Part shown: positions 37,533 through 50,354 of the stretch, piece by piece
Layout: each line of letters begins with the position of its first letter
Numbering within the stretch: position 1 is the first letter of the stretch
DNA from: Octopus sinensis
Taxonomy: Eukaryota
Reading direction: 5' to 3'
NCBI RefSeq assembly: GCF_006345805.1
Contig: NC_043022.1
Coordinates: 7,068,001 to 7,132,000, forward strand
DNA length: 64,000 nt
Translations under genes and position numbers: made by a program
Notes under the pieces: generated by a model
The model's input: the letters and a program-made list of their open reading frames with translations, nothing else
The model's database searches: none
What the model was told of the DNA's origin: nothing

Positions 37533-38429
37533 TAACTCTTCAATCAACACCAGATATCAGATATCAAGACAAAAAACAAAAAATATACAAAGTGCAACAA
37601 CATATCTGCCAATATGAGTGTCGAAAGGAGAGTAAAAGGACTCGAGGGCAGTTTGTGAAGGACCTGTATGGGTTTACTAAGAAGCTGTTCAGTGAACCGA
37701 AGAGTGGCTCTTTATTGTGCACAAAAGAAGAATTGGATGTTCATATCAAGGAAACCTACAGCGATCCGCACCGTAACCAGCCGCTGCCACCTCTACATGG
37801 GCTAAATCATCTCTCAAGACCTGATATCGAATTCCAGATTGGGGACATCAGGGAGAGAGAGGTGAATGATTTCGTAAGTAAAGCTAGAGCAAAGAGTGCC
37901 CCAGGAGGTGATGGCGTCTCATATAAAGTCTATAAATATTGCAATTGTCTGCAAAAGAAGCTCTTCGTCCTCCTACTCCAACAGCTGTGGCACGAAGAGA
38001 CTCTAGCAGAGGATGGGCGTAAGGCAGAAGGCATATACCTGCCGAAAGAGGCCAATGCAAAGACCATAAAACAGTTTAGGCCGATGTCCTTGATCTTTAT
38101 GGGAATTCTGTCGAGTAGAACAGTGACATATTTACAGAATAACGGATATGTTGATAAATCTGTTCAAAAGGCCGGAATCCCTGGATGCGTTGAACAGTTT
38201 TTCGATTTGTAAAGTGATCCAGGATGCCAAACAGAACAAAAGAAGTCTATAAGTGATATGGCTCGACCTAGCTAACACGTATGGTTCAGTGCCACACGAA
38301 TTGCTAATTAGAGCCATGGACCACTTCCACATTCCAGACAAAGTGATCAAAATAATGAGGATGTATGTACTATGACAGTTTTGAAATGAGGTTTACAACT
38401 GAATATTTTACAACAGATTGGCACCGATT

Positions 38430-38430
<1 letters not shown>
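37533..38430 (+). pseudogene. HERO-like (RLE-type non-LTR) retrotransposon, N-terminal half of RT
   Basis: ARAKSAPGGDGVSYKVYKYC, IYLPKE...QFRP, SVQKAGIPGC, then WLDLANTYGSVPHELL...FTTDWHRL, with stops and frameshifts. The motif pattern matches HERO-clade RT as I recall it. Confidence 0.85.
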
Positions 38431-38470
<40 letters not shown>

Positions 38471-38507
38471 TATATATACACAATTGATCATTATAACCAT
38501 TTCTCTA

Positions 38508-40639
38508 CATGATATGAGGCCCCGCTTGCTAGATCAGCTGGTCATCATATAAAGCTCACTATTTCTCTAGCCATTGCTCATCATCTCTTTTTAACCAAAT
38601 CCAGTGGCTAGCCTTCTCCACTGTAGTTTGGATATCGGTCATGGTGGTATTTACTTTACGATAGTCACCTCACACTGCGTCCAACAAACCCTCTACATCC
38701 GACTTTGATTGGAAAATGCTCCACTTTCCATCCTGCATCTTCACATTACTTGAGGAGGTTTGCAAACTGTCAATCTTTTGAGCCCAAGCGGTGTCCATGT
38801 TATCTTCATGAGGAACCGTTAACTCAACTAGATTCACAACTTTCTTTCCTTCACACCACGTTAAAATGTCTGGCTTTTTCGTAACTTGGATGAGAAAGAG
38901 ACCCTGGTAAATCTGCAGTCACTTCCCAATAGCCATTCCACTTTTCATCTCTCACAGGAAGTTTCTTGATCTTCTTCTTGAAACAGATCTGCTGACCTGA
39001 GTGCATGAAGTTATTGAAATCTCTAGTTGGTACTTTCAGCGGTTTTTTTCTCAGTGTTGTTGAGATGAATTTGGTTCTTTATAGCATTGAAGATAGCCTT
39101 AAGGACCAGGTTGCGTCTCCATGTGTACCTGTTCAATGCTAATGAACAGTTGGAAAGAATATGTTTTAGTGTACCGACCTTTCCGCATTTACATATGCCA
39201 TTCTCTGAGATGTTCCATCTTACTAGATTCGTAGGTGATGGCAAAACATCATAAGATGAACGAATCAGGAAACTCAGCCGAGATGTCGTCCACTTCCACA
39301 TCTATTCCCAACTTATCTTCCTCTCAACATGTTCTTCCCATCTCGTCATCTGACCTTGATGAAAACATTGGATCAAATGAAGCTCTCTTCTCTCTGCTTC
39401 TCTTGTTTTGATACTGTTGCTAACAACAGATCTGCGTTCGCTCCGCATCATACTCGCAAATGGTCTGAACTGATCTGCACCAAAACCAAGTCCTTAACGA
39501 TGGTTTTGCATTGCACCCACCATATTTCTGTGTATAAGAGAAGACAAGATGTCATCAGTCTCTGCTGTCTACTTCCTGGCTGTTTTCACCTCTGGTGGAT
39601 TATGTCTGATTTCCATATCCTTCGATCCTCTCAGCATCATCATCGTCCGTATCTTCCCCAGTTTATATATTTTGACTATTGACGCTAGTGGTAACTGCAA
39701 CAAACCTCTTTTACGATAAAGAGCTGAACTGGTTAACATTCGAGGGGTAGGCCTAGCCACTTTCTAATGACCACATTACATTTTTGTTCAATGATCTGAA
39801 CTCATGACAAGACTATCTCATACACTCGCCTCCTTATGAGAGCTCAAAATCTCTCGTGGAAGCGCCATCCAACCAAAATGCAAATATATGGGAAACTACC
39901 ACCTGTGTCATCTCTTGTGAAAGGTAGGAGAGTCCAGTTTGCTGGACATTGTTGTAGAGCTGAAAAAGAAGTAATTTCTACTCTTCTCCTCTGGAAGCCA
40001 TCTACTCGCAATACCAGAGGGTGCACACTCTCCTACCCTGATGTAATCTCCAGGGATACAGGCATCCAGCAACAGGACCTCCGTAATGCTATGATGGACC
40101 ATGAAGTCTGGCGTAACATAGTAAATTCCATTGTCTCGACCACGGTCGAACAATGATGATGATGATCTCATACATTAAAAGCAGCCACGAAAGTCGCAGG
40201 TACAAGCTGAACTGCAAGCACCAAATTTTATAGTTACCTGGTAACTTTGAATCATCAATCGCTGATAATCCAGCCTCAGCTTGTTTCATAATTTCCATCC
40301 CGCAACTTCTGTCTGATAATGTTCCAGGGTATACTCGCCCCAAGCTCTTGGTGGGTTCTTCTTTGACTGTTGGAATGCTTTCTTCAGCTATTCAAAACTT
40401 TCTGCTCTCCCTTAACAAATGTCAGACTACGTGACTTTCTTGCTCTAAGCGGCATCCTTCACCACCTCACAAGTTCATCCAGTCTCAAAAGAGCATTTTG
40501 CATGATTTGCTTATCTAGCTAGAAGTGTCACGTTATCCATGAAGGCTTTCTTAGGCGATTGTACATGGGTGATTTGTTCTGAAAAATCCACTGCTTTCAA
40601 AATCATCTCCATGACTAAGATAAACCACGTGACAGATAT
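38508..40639 (-). pseudogene. HERO-like retrotransposon, C-terminal RT half, CCHC finger and RLE endonuclease; interrupted by an RTE
   Basis: ISVTWFILVMEMILK...AFMDN, SKLPGNYKIWCLQF, IRKWLGLP, LIRSSYDVLPSPTNL..W...CKCGKVGTLKHILSNC, KPDILTWCEGKKVVNLVELTVP. Confidence 0.85.
39798..40161 (+). mobile_element. RTE-clade LINE 3' fragment nested in the HERO-like element
   Basis: SWKRHPT...RRVQFAGHC.R...LLLW.P...DTG; stop then (GAT)n; ATGATCT on both sides (39791-39797, 40162-40168). Confidence 0.85.
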
Positions 40640-40829
40640 TTCTAAGTTAGGAACAAAACCACAATACCCACCCTCCTCTTTGGAACCTTATTTTACTGAT
40701 GGACACCAAAAAGGCTGACAAGCAATGTCAACCAAGGCAGGATTTGGACTCAGAACATAACTAAATGCAAAAGGTTTTTTTACTGCCCAGCCAATAACAA
40801 CAATCATTATTTATAAAAAAAAGGCAAGA

Positions 40830-41234
40830 AGGCCACGAGTGGCTGTGTGGTAAGTAGCTTGCTAACCAACCACATGGTTCCGGGTTCAGTCCCACTGCGT
40901 GGCATCTTGGGCAAGTGTCTTCTGCTATAGCCCCGGGCTGACCAATGCTTTGTGAGTGGATTTGTAAGACAGAAACTGAAAGAAGCCCGTCGTATATATG
41001 TATATATATATATAAGTGTGTGTGTATATGTTTGTCCCCCTAGCATCGCTTGACAACCGGTGCTGGTGTGTTTACGTCCCCGTCACTTTGCGGTTCAGCA
41101 AAAGAGACTGATAGAATAAGTACTAGGCTTACACAGAATAAGTCCCGGGGTCGATTTGCTCGACTAAAAGGCGGTGCTCCAGCATGGCCGCAGTCAAATG
41201 ACTGAAACAAGTAAAAGAGTAAGAGTAAAAGAGA
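40830..41234 (+). mobile_element. SINE family A, full length
   Basis: Head-to-tail match. Confidence 0.92.
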
Positions 41235-41489
41235 GTTGAATATCTCGACAACCCCAGAGAAAAGAAACACAATGCTGCTTTCAGATGGAATTGAACAAAC
41301 AACAGATGTGGATAGGAAAAAAAGCATTTTGTCTATCACTCGAGCAATAATAATCTTTTCTCATTCAGGTACAAAGATGGCAATTTCAAGAGAGGTGGGC
41401 ATTAGTGGAAGCAGTTTTGTTCTATTTAACTTTATTTTAACTGATCTTGATGGTGTTTCTACTCAGAATGAAACGAGCTGAACAAACAA

Positions 41490-42364
41490 GTTTCAACTTT
41501 AGGCACAAGGCCAGCAATTTGGGGAGCAGGTGGGGGTAAGTTGATTAGATCATCCCCAGTGTTCAACTGATATTTCATTGACCCTAAAAGGACGAGAGGC
41601 AAAGTGAACCTCAGTGGAATTTGAACTCAGAACTTAAAGACGGATGAAATGTTGCTAAGCATTTTGCCTGGCATGCTAATAATTCTGCCAGCTGCTACCT
41701 TAATTAACAATAATAATAATAATCCTTTCTAGTATAGGCACAAGGCCTGAAATTTTGGGGGAGGGGGACCAGTCGATTAGATCAATCCCAGTACGTGACT
41801 GGTACTTGATTTATCGACCCCAAAAGGATGAAAGGCAAAGTCGACCTCGGCCGAATTTGAACTCAGAACGTAGCAGCAGACGAAATACCGCTAAGCATTT
41901 TGCCTGGCATGCTAATCCTTTCTACTAAAGGGACAAGGCCTGAAGTTTAGGAGGAGGGAACTAGTTGATTACATCAGTCCCAGTGATTCACTGGTACTTA
42001 ATTTATCGCCCCCCCCCCCCAAAGAAGGATGAAATTCTAAAGTCGACCTCAGTGCTATTTGAACTCAGAACATTAAAATGAAATACTGCTAAGCATTTTA
42101 TGCAACTTGTTAACGATTCTGCCAGCTTACTGCCTTGATGATGATGATGATAATCCTTTCTACTATAGGCACAAGGCCTGGATTTTCCAGGGAGGGGGAT
42201 AGTTGATCACATTGACCCTAGTGAGTACTTAATTCATTGACCCCGAAAGGATGAAAGGCAAAGTCGACCTCAGCAGAATTTGAACTTGGAATGGTAAAGA
42301 TGGATGGCATGCCAAAAAGCATTTCACCCAGCATGCCAACAATTCTACCAGCTTGCCACCTTAG

Positions 42365-42396
<32 letters not shown>

Positions 42397-42530
42397 ATGG
42401 TTTCAAATTTTGACACAAGACCAGCAATTTAGGGGCAAAGGAGTAAGTAGATGTCGATGTAAAGACAGATTGCCAGTCATGCTAACAATTCTGCTAGCTC
42501 CCTGCAGAAACAAATATTGTGAAGTGTTTT
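41490..42530 (-). mobile_element. Tandem cluster of about 5-6 family B-type SINE copies
   Basis: Recurrent ggcacaaggcc...aaaggatgaaaggcaaagtcgacctc...gaactcagaa units separated by (AAT)n/(GAT)n. Confidence 0.8.
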
Positions 42531-42543
42531 GTCCAATCAATGC

Positions 42544-43160
42544 TAATAATAATAATAATTGTGTACAGTGCTCAGGTGCACTACAACTCATCTAAAGTGT
42601 ATATATAATCAGGTGTAGTTTCGGCGGATTTCGGAAAGCATGAGGGCCTTAAAGGATGCAGTGTCATGGCAGTCAACAACTGATGCAGGCAGTTTATTCC
42701 ATGCTTCAGCAACTCTGAGCATGAAAAAATGTTTCCGAAAGTCATGGGAGCTGTGTTGTTTTCTGACTTTGTAGGCATGTCCACGTGTGTTAGACACATG
42801 GAGATCAAAAAGGTGTTCAGTGTTGTTGTTGGTGAGGTGGTTGATAACTTTGTGGGTGTTTACCAAGTCCGTCGCCAGACGCCGGAGCTTCAGTGAATCC
42901 ATGCCCAGGGAAACAAGGCGCTCAGAATATGGTAGGTGTCTGATGGAGGGTATGCGTTTGGTTGCACGTCTCTGGACAGATTCCAGGAGGTCAATGTTCT
43001 GAGCAAGATAGGGGTTCCAAACTGATGATGTGAATTCCAAGTGTGGTCGTACCATAGCTGTATACAGTTTTAAATAGATGGCTGGAGAGCGGCTAACAAA
43101 AGTCTTGCTGAGTGATGCCAAGACACCCTTGGCCTTCTTGACAATTTTAGAGATGATGAG
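42544..43160 (-). mobile_element. CR1 3' fragment
   Basis: ORF 42609-43121; (TAA)n tail at 42544-42560. Confidence 0.93.
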
Positions 43161-43329
43161 AAGAGAAGAGGTATGTGGGATGGGAATGTTGGAGAGGAGG
43201 TGAGGTGAGCTCAGCTAGTTGAAAGGAGTAGAAGCCATATAATAGCAGAGAGAAGAAACACAGAATGTCTGGACATCAGAGGATGGAGCAAGTCTGTGAG
43301 TTACTTGATAGTTATTATATCAGGTGGCC

Positions 43330-43533
43330 AAAGCATTGAGAGTAAAAATATGGTAGGTGTCTGATGGAGGGTATGCGTTTGGTTGCACATCTCTGGACAG
43401 ATTCCAGGAGGTCAATGTTCTGAGCAAGATAGGGGTTCCAAACTGATGATGCGAATTCCAAGTGTGGTCGTACCATAGCTGTATACAGTTTTAAATAGAT
43501 GGCTGGAGAGCGGCTAACAAAAGCCTTGCTGAG
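43330..43533 (-). mobile_element. Second internal CR1 fragment, same orientation
   Basis: Duplicates about 42926-43111. Confidence 0.88.
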
Positions 43534-43804
43534 TGGATTGTAATTTAATTACCAGAAGAGTGATGGATGAGGTGATACAAGAAGAAACACAACAACAAAG
43601 AGAAATAATTAAAACGACAAAGAAACATTTTCCTGCACTTATATTCTTTTTTTCTCGTTTGTTTATTTTTTTAATTACATTTAGCATATTGACAATTGAT
43701 TCCAAGTGGCTTGCACTTTTGTAATTTAGTTTTTCATATTGTTTGTTGCTTTGTTTTATATAGTTTTACTTTCATTTTTTCCCCCATCACAAGGGACACA
43801 ATGA

Positions 43805-44228
43805 TAATATAATATCAGTAATAATAATAAATAATAATAATAATAATAATAATAATATTAATAATAATAATAATAATAATAGTATTTAATACTTGACAAG
43901 AAGATTCTTGGATTGAAAAATACAGGTCAGTCGCTCGTGTTCTTTCATACATTGTTATACACACACACACTCACACACATGCACACAAACTTCTATTCTC
44001 AATATCCCTGAATGAAATTGTCCATTCGATGCATCGAACTCTGAAAAGATAATTAATAAGTCCAACAACACTATATATATATATATATATTTATACATAC
44101 ACATGTATATATATATATGTGGGTATATATACATCTGTGTGTATGTATATGTGTATGTATAAATATATGTGTTTGTGCATATATACATATATATATATAT
44201 GTTTATAGTATATATGTGTGTGTATATG

Positions 44229-44261
<33 letters not shown>

Positions 44262-44510
44262 ATATATGTGTGTGTGTATATATGTATGTGTGTATATATA
44301 TGTATGTGTGTGTGTATATATATATATGTGTGTGTGTATATATATATGTGTGTGTGTATATATATGTATGTATGTGTGTATATATGTATATATGTTTATA
44401 TATATATGTATGTATATATGTGTATGTATATGTGTGTATGTATATATATATATATGTGTGTATATATGTGTATATATATACGTGTGTGTGTATATATATA
44501 TATATATATT
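43805..44510. repeat. (AAT)n and (TA)n/(TG)n compound microsatellites
   Basis: Directly visible. Confidence 0.92.
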
Positions 44511-46164
44511 GCACCACCTCCATGTTTATGTCTTCTACCCACTCCCTGGGTCCACCCTTCCCCAACACTTCAAAATAAAACCACACAAAAAAAAAAATTA
44601 AGGGCTATGGGTTGGTGCAAGAATCAAAGGTTTCAGAGAGAAACGATGCAGCAGTTAGCAGAAATGGAAGTTTTTCTTTCTTTCTTTCGTTCTGTTTTTT
44701 TTTTTTTTTTTTTTTTTTTTTGGGTTTTTTTTTCCTTTCTGTTTTTGTTACTTGTGTGTGGGTGCGACAGCTGAAAATCTTGGCCTGAGATGTTTAGAAG
44801 ATATTTAAAACAAAAAAAAAAAAAAAAAAAAATTGCATTTCTTGCATGGGTGGGGGAAGGGCTAGAAGAGGGGGTGAAAGAAGTTGAAGAAGAAACAAAC
44901 AAATGTACCAAGGCAATGACAACATTTGCATGCATGCGCGCGCGTGTGTGTGTGTGTGTGTGTGAGTGTGGTGAGGGAAGTTCATTTTTTTAAAATCTTT
45001 TTTTTTTTTTTTTTGTTTCATATTTTCAAAAAAAAGTTTATATTTCTGGAAACTTTGTGCTGCAAGCATTCTACATATCCTTTGTGCTTTGTAGATAAAC
45101 GTGTGTCCATTTTCACAAACCTCCAATGCACAACTCTGTCGTGTGGCGTTCTTCTCGTCCCACACTTACACGATGGGTTGCACTGTGCAGCCCCGTCCCT
45201 TGTGTCTGCATGCAAGAAAAGATTTCTCTTTGGTTTCTGTTTCTATAAGAGCCAGTCAAGAATTCAAATCTTTATCCAAATGGTCAAACCAAGCAGTCAG
45301 CTGTACTGGACTACACTAAAACACACACACATACAACACTAACAACATTCAGTTAAAAATACTCAACAATTTCACTAAGACACACTACCTGCTGCACACT
45401 GCAAAGACAGGGAAACAACAAAGTGCTGCATTCTCTTGTTGTCTCTGGCACCAGTTGGGTATAAACAATGCCATCTGAGTGCATTGAGGCCAAGCATTGT
45501 TCTTTGGCTATGAAGTTCAATTTGCAATCATGTGATTACAGGTTCAAACTGACTGCACAGCACCTTAGCCTCAGGTCACCCCAGGTGATGGGAGTATAAA
45601 AAGAAATCATGGGGAAGAAGGCGGCTGTCAAATAGTGTGGACTTGTTCTGGGGGTTGGGACATTTAATAGAATCCATTCTGTTGCAATAAAATCAAGCGA
45701 AGCCATACAGGCAATTATCTTCAGCTGATTTCTACTCTACTAACCCTAATTCCTTCTCCACTAACTCCAATTTCCTCTCTGTCAATGGCTACAACTGATT
45801 AAATGATCACGTTAGTGTCTGTCCCATTGATGGCAGTCCTGGATCCTACAGCCCAGGGCTGTTTAGCCCCATGTTGCCTGATCTTCAGAGTCAGGCCCTG
45901 CTTACTGTGTTCTCTTCACTGAGGATCCAACTGGGTTGATGGCTTGCGTTGGTTGACCACATGGTCACAGTAGATCGGGTGACAGATATGGGGGACTGAC
46001 TGGAATTCCACTTGATGGGTCGTCCAAGAGGACCTGTGGAGATATCGGTGAATGCAGCAACGCTGCTGACCTCACCTGAGTATTGATGATGATGGTTGTT
46101 GAACAGTATTTCTAATTAGCTCTGAGTGGATGGCCACAGGCAACCAAGCAGCTCCAGTGTTGTT

Positions 46165-46430
46165 TCTTCTCTTAGGCCTACTACTTATTCTATCAGTCTC
46201 TTTCGCTAACTTGCCAGGTTACAGGAATGTAAACAAACCAACACTGGTTGTCAAGCAGTGGTGGGGGATAAAAACAGACAAAAACACACACATATACTCA
46301 ACAGGCTTCTTTCAGTTTCTGTCCACCAAATCCACTCACAGAGAATTGGTCTGCTTGAGGCTATAGAAAAAGACACTGAACCCAGAACCATGAGGTTGAG
46401 AAGCAAACTTTTTACCACACAGCCACATGA
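46165..46430 (-). mobile_element. SINE family A, diverged
   Basis: tacttattctatc...aggcttctttcagtttc...aaatccactcaca...ccacacagcca. Confidence 0.7.
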
Positions 46431-48339
46431 TTGTTTATTTCAGAATGGCATTGTAGGATAGGTGTGAAAGGTTGGATCTAGCCAGTCTGAACATAAAAAG
46501 GGGCAGAATATTTTGGCCTGATATAGCCTTTTGAAATGCCAAAGGGTTAAAGACTGTAGCATTTTCCAGAGCGCCCAGTTTCACAGGTGAATGCTACTTC
46601 CTAAAAATGACCCCCTACTTCTCAACTGTGAGGTAAGGGTGAAGGAGAGCTCACAAAAATGTAGCTACCTTGCTCAAGGGATTACAAAAGAGTAAAAGAA
46701 ATTAATATTGGCAACAACTTTTTGACACAAAGCCAGCAATTTCAGGGGAAGGGCTAAGTCCATTGACCACCCCCAACATTCCACTGGTGCTCACTTTATT
46801 CACCCCCAAAAGGATGAGGGGCAACAGTCAACTCAGGACATAAAGACTGACACAATATCACTAAGCATTTTATCAACTGCAAAACACTGAAAGGCAAAGT
46901 CAACCTCAGAATGTAAAGACAGCTGAAATGCCGCTAAGAATCTTGCTTGGTGTGCTAGCAATTCTGCCAACTCACTGCTCTGCAAGTGTGAAACTAATAT
47001 TAACATATTTGATAAAGAAAACAGTAAAAAAATCTTTTAATTTTGTGTTGAGGCTAAAACAAAAACTAAGAGAATCGCTTACTTTGTTTACACAATTCTG
47101 GCGACAGCATAAAAACACTTTGCTGTTCTTGTAAGCTAATCAGTACTTGAAGTAGCTATGCTGCTACAATTAAGTAACAAGACAAAACTATATAATGAGC
47201 TGGTGTTGTTAGATAGATAAAAGATTTCAGGTTGGTGACCATGGCCTCAGAAATCAGTCTGACTCTGTATACCTCTGTACAAGTATTGCTACGTGGGTAC
47301 ATTGATCTGGAATCAGTGAAGATTTCATCTGTGGCCCATTCACCTAAATTTCATTGTGGTGAGTTAAGATGGGGGAGAAAGACTATCCTAATTGGTGTCT
47401 CTCCTTGTTCCAAACACTGGAGATGTAAAGGTGAAGAGGTGGTTGTTACATCTGAGTGAAACAGTCGGACACATTCAGAAATGGGAGCATTTAAGAATAC
47501 TTTGAACATGACACAGAAATGCACCAAACTACACACTCCTGTCTATATAGGGGTTCTACAAATGACCACCACCATTCAATCTCTGGGATAAAAAAAATAC
47601 AATTCAACAAGTGACAAACACAATCCAGTGACCCATGTGTAATTATACTCCATGGACACAGACGGACATGCAGACACACACATGCATATGTGCAGAGCCA
47701 GTTGAAGGTATTGGCAACTTGGTGCTAATTGCTGGGAGGAATTATGCCGTGTGTTTGGGATCTCCCAAAAGAAAATGAAAAAACTACATAATTAATCTTT
47801 GGAGATGTAAATGTTTGTATAGAAGTTGGATCAAGGAGGAACAAAAATGACCTCCGTACCATTTGAAGGCAAGATTTTCCTATTTTAACGCTAAGGGGTC
47901 ATTCTGATAATGTTGTTTCACCATTACCATGACGACCAACGTTATTTCTTCTTGTAATAGAAATATAGATATTCAATTGACTGACTAACAATAAAGAAGT
48001 GATATTGAACCAGTGCATGTGTTTAGTATAATGACCCTCCCAAGACAAAATAAAACTGAATAAAATTCCATTTCTAAGGATTTTAAGTGTCAGTTTGCCC
48101 AGGATTTTTGTATACAAAAATGTGTAGCATATATAGGTAATACACCTACAAACACAGAATCACTATTCACATCCAAAATAAATACCCTAAATGAAAATGA
48201 AAGACAAACCATAGGAGTATGGTCAGTGGCCAGAAATAGCAGTGAGTAATCACGTAAAAGTGAAGGGCTTATGTAGTAAGATATGGCTGTGAGTTTAATT
48301 CTCAAATATGAAGTGTATAAAAGATGCATATCTTGTGTG

Positions 48340-48655
48340 AAGGTGCATGGCTTAGTAGTTAGTGCATTCAGTGCAAGATCATGAAGTCACGAGTTCAATT
48401 CCTGAAGGCATGCTGTGTCCTTGGGCAAGTCACTTTATTCCACTTTATTCCACTCAGCTGGCAAAAATGAGTTGCACCTGTAATTCAAAGGGGCCAGCCT
48501 TGTCACATTTGGTGTGACATGCTGAATCTCCCTGAGAACAACATTAAGGGAATGCATGTCTGTGGAGTACTCAGCCACTTGCATGTTAATATCACCAGCT
48601 GACTGTTTTGTTGTTTGTATCAGCTGGAAGCCTTGCCACTGTTGTAGCTGACAGA
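48340..48655 (+). mobile_element. Old SINE related to families C/D
   Basis: tRNA-like head; 3' part similar to family C (aaagggccagccttgtcac...cagccacttgcatgttaat). Confidence 0.65.
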
Positions 48656-49563
48656 TATTCTATATACATGTGTGAATTTCTAAAGGGTTTATATTCCTAA
48701 AGGGCAGCTAACTTGATACAGACACTAAAGCAGTAGGTGAACTTAGTGATAAAAATGGGCGTGAGAATTGGTACAGGGGTGAACAGGATTTGACCGAAAT
48801 GTCTTGAAGATGGTGTCACAGTACAGCCAAATTCTGACAACAAACCTGAAAAAATATTTGAGACGAATGAATGAAAGGGCTGAAGAGAAGCAGGGGCTGG
48901 TTGCAAGTAGACTCTCCATCAGGCAGGGGTCAGTGGGGAACTGTAGCAGTGTTCACAATTTGTTGTGACCTGTTGAGCAGGGCCTCATAGATGTTCACAA
49001 CAAATTTATTATTATCAAAGCTGAGTTCTTTCATTCTCTGTGAGTTGCAACAGTTTTCCATCTGGACAAATTAAAAATGGAAACAAACAATTGTGTCTTT
49101 TAATCATTTTTTTCCATGAAAAAAATGGAAACAAACAATTGTGTTTTTTAATCGTTTTTTCATATCAACTGGAATTGAGAGAGGAGATCCATCAGACTTG
49201 ACTGAAACTATATTTTATCAACTTTGGTGGAATAAAAAGCAACACTGACTTTGAAACCAAAATGTGAGGAGCCAGAACAAATGTTGCATGGCATTTTGAG
49301 TGACGCTCCAATGATTCTACCAAACAACAAAATTAATCTTGAAAGTGAAACAGCAAAGCTTTGACAACCTAGAAGCACCACCACATATAATTAGCAAGTC
49401 TTAATGAAGAGGTGACTAAATATTAAGAGGGTTAAACTAAAGAAGGATACATTAGTAAAAATATAAATAGGGAGCCAAGATGCATTTGAAGGGGAGAAAC
49501 TAAAACTTTTGTCATCCAACAATCCAAAGGCAAAAATTCTTAACCTAAAGATTACAAGAAATG

Positions 49564-49616
<53 letters not shown>

Positions 49617-49930
49617 CACACAAACAGATACATACACATATAGATATAAGAAATTAAAGGGACAAGGAAATAAGAAATGTTATGAACTTCATTGCCTTAC
49701 AGCTGTTTTGTTTTTAGGTGTAATGCACTCATAGTTGAGTGCTTGTGTATCATCTTATAGCTTCATCAGAGCTTCTAAAATGCAATTTTATTTGGGAAAG
49801 TGTTTACATTTATACATATACACTAAAAAGCCATACCACCATAGGACGCTAACTGATGCTTTGTTCTGAAGCGTATGCCTGTTATGTTCCATCCTCAGGT
49901 TATTAGTATTGCTATGCCCAGGTGAAAGAC

Positions 49931-50354
49931 ATCTCTCTCTATATAAACGGCAGTTTGTCTGTCTGTGTGGCTGTCAGGTTGTACCCTCACCCTGACCACG
50001 GCTTTCAACCGATTCTGATGAAACTTGACACACACATAGCCCAATGTCATAATTCAAAACTAACGCAGCGAAAATTTTGAAAAGTTCCCCCAGTTCTGAA
50101 AAAGATCGATAAATTCGACATGGGGTCGAGAATCTATGCTTTTTATATGCAACACATTTTCTGTCTAGGGGACACAACTCGACAGCTAGGGACAGCTAGG
50201 AACATCGTATACACAGAAGTATTCGAGTGAAGAGAAGACATTGCAACCTACACATGCGCCTTCGTTCCCTAGAGGGAAAGAACTAGATTGGGATTAGTCG
50301 TTGCCTACTAGGGGCTCTTACATACCCGGGCAATGCCGGGCTATGCTGCTAGTA
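49931..50354 (-). mobile_element. Helentron-like non-autonomous element, copy 1
   Basis: Ends atctctctctatataaa / gggcaatgccgggctatgctgctagta; nearly identical to 61831-62264. Confidence 0.75.

Noticed and set aside
45248-45315. Frame CSPVQLTAWFDHLDKDLNS* after a ttttag
   Set aside because: Its phase is incompatible with the NLK donor and I recognise no protein match. Only the phase-2 reading is kept, as a weak candidate.
45790-46095. GC-richer segment ending in (GAT)n, possibly an RTE-type 3' end
   Set aside because: No recognisable RT motifs and no second copy in the window, so it cannot be classified.
47231-47358. Plus-strand exon-like segment with tttcag and gtgagt
   Set aside because: One open frame, but no recognisable protein and no partner exons; it is antisense within the NLK intron.
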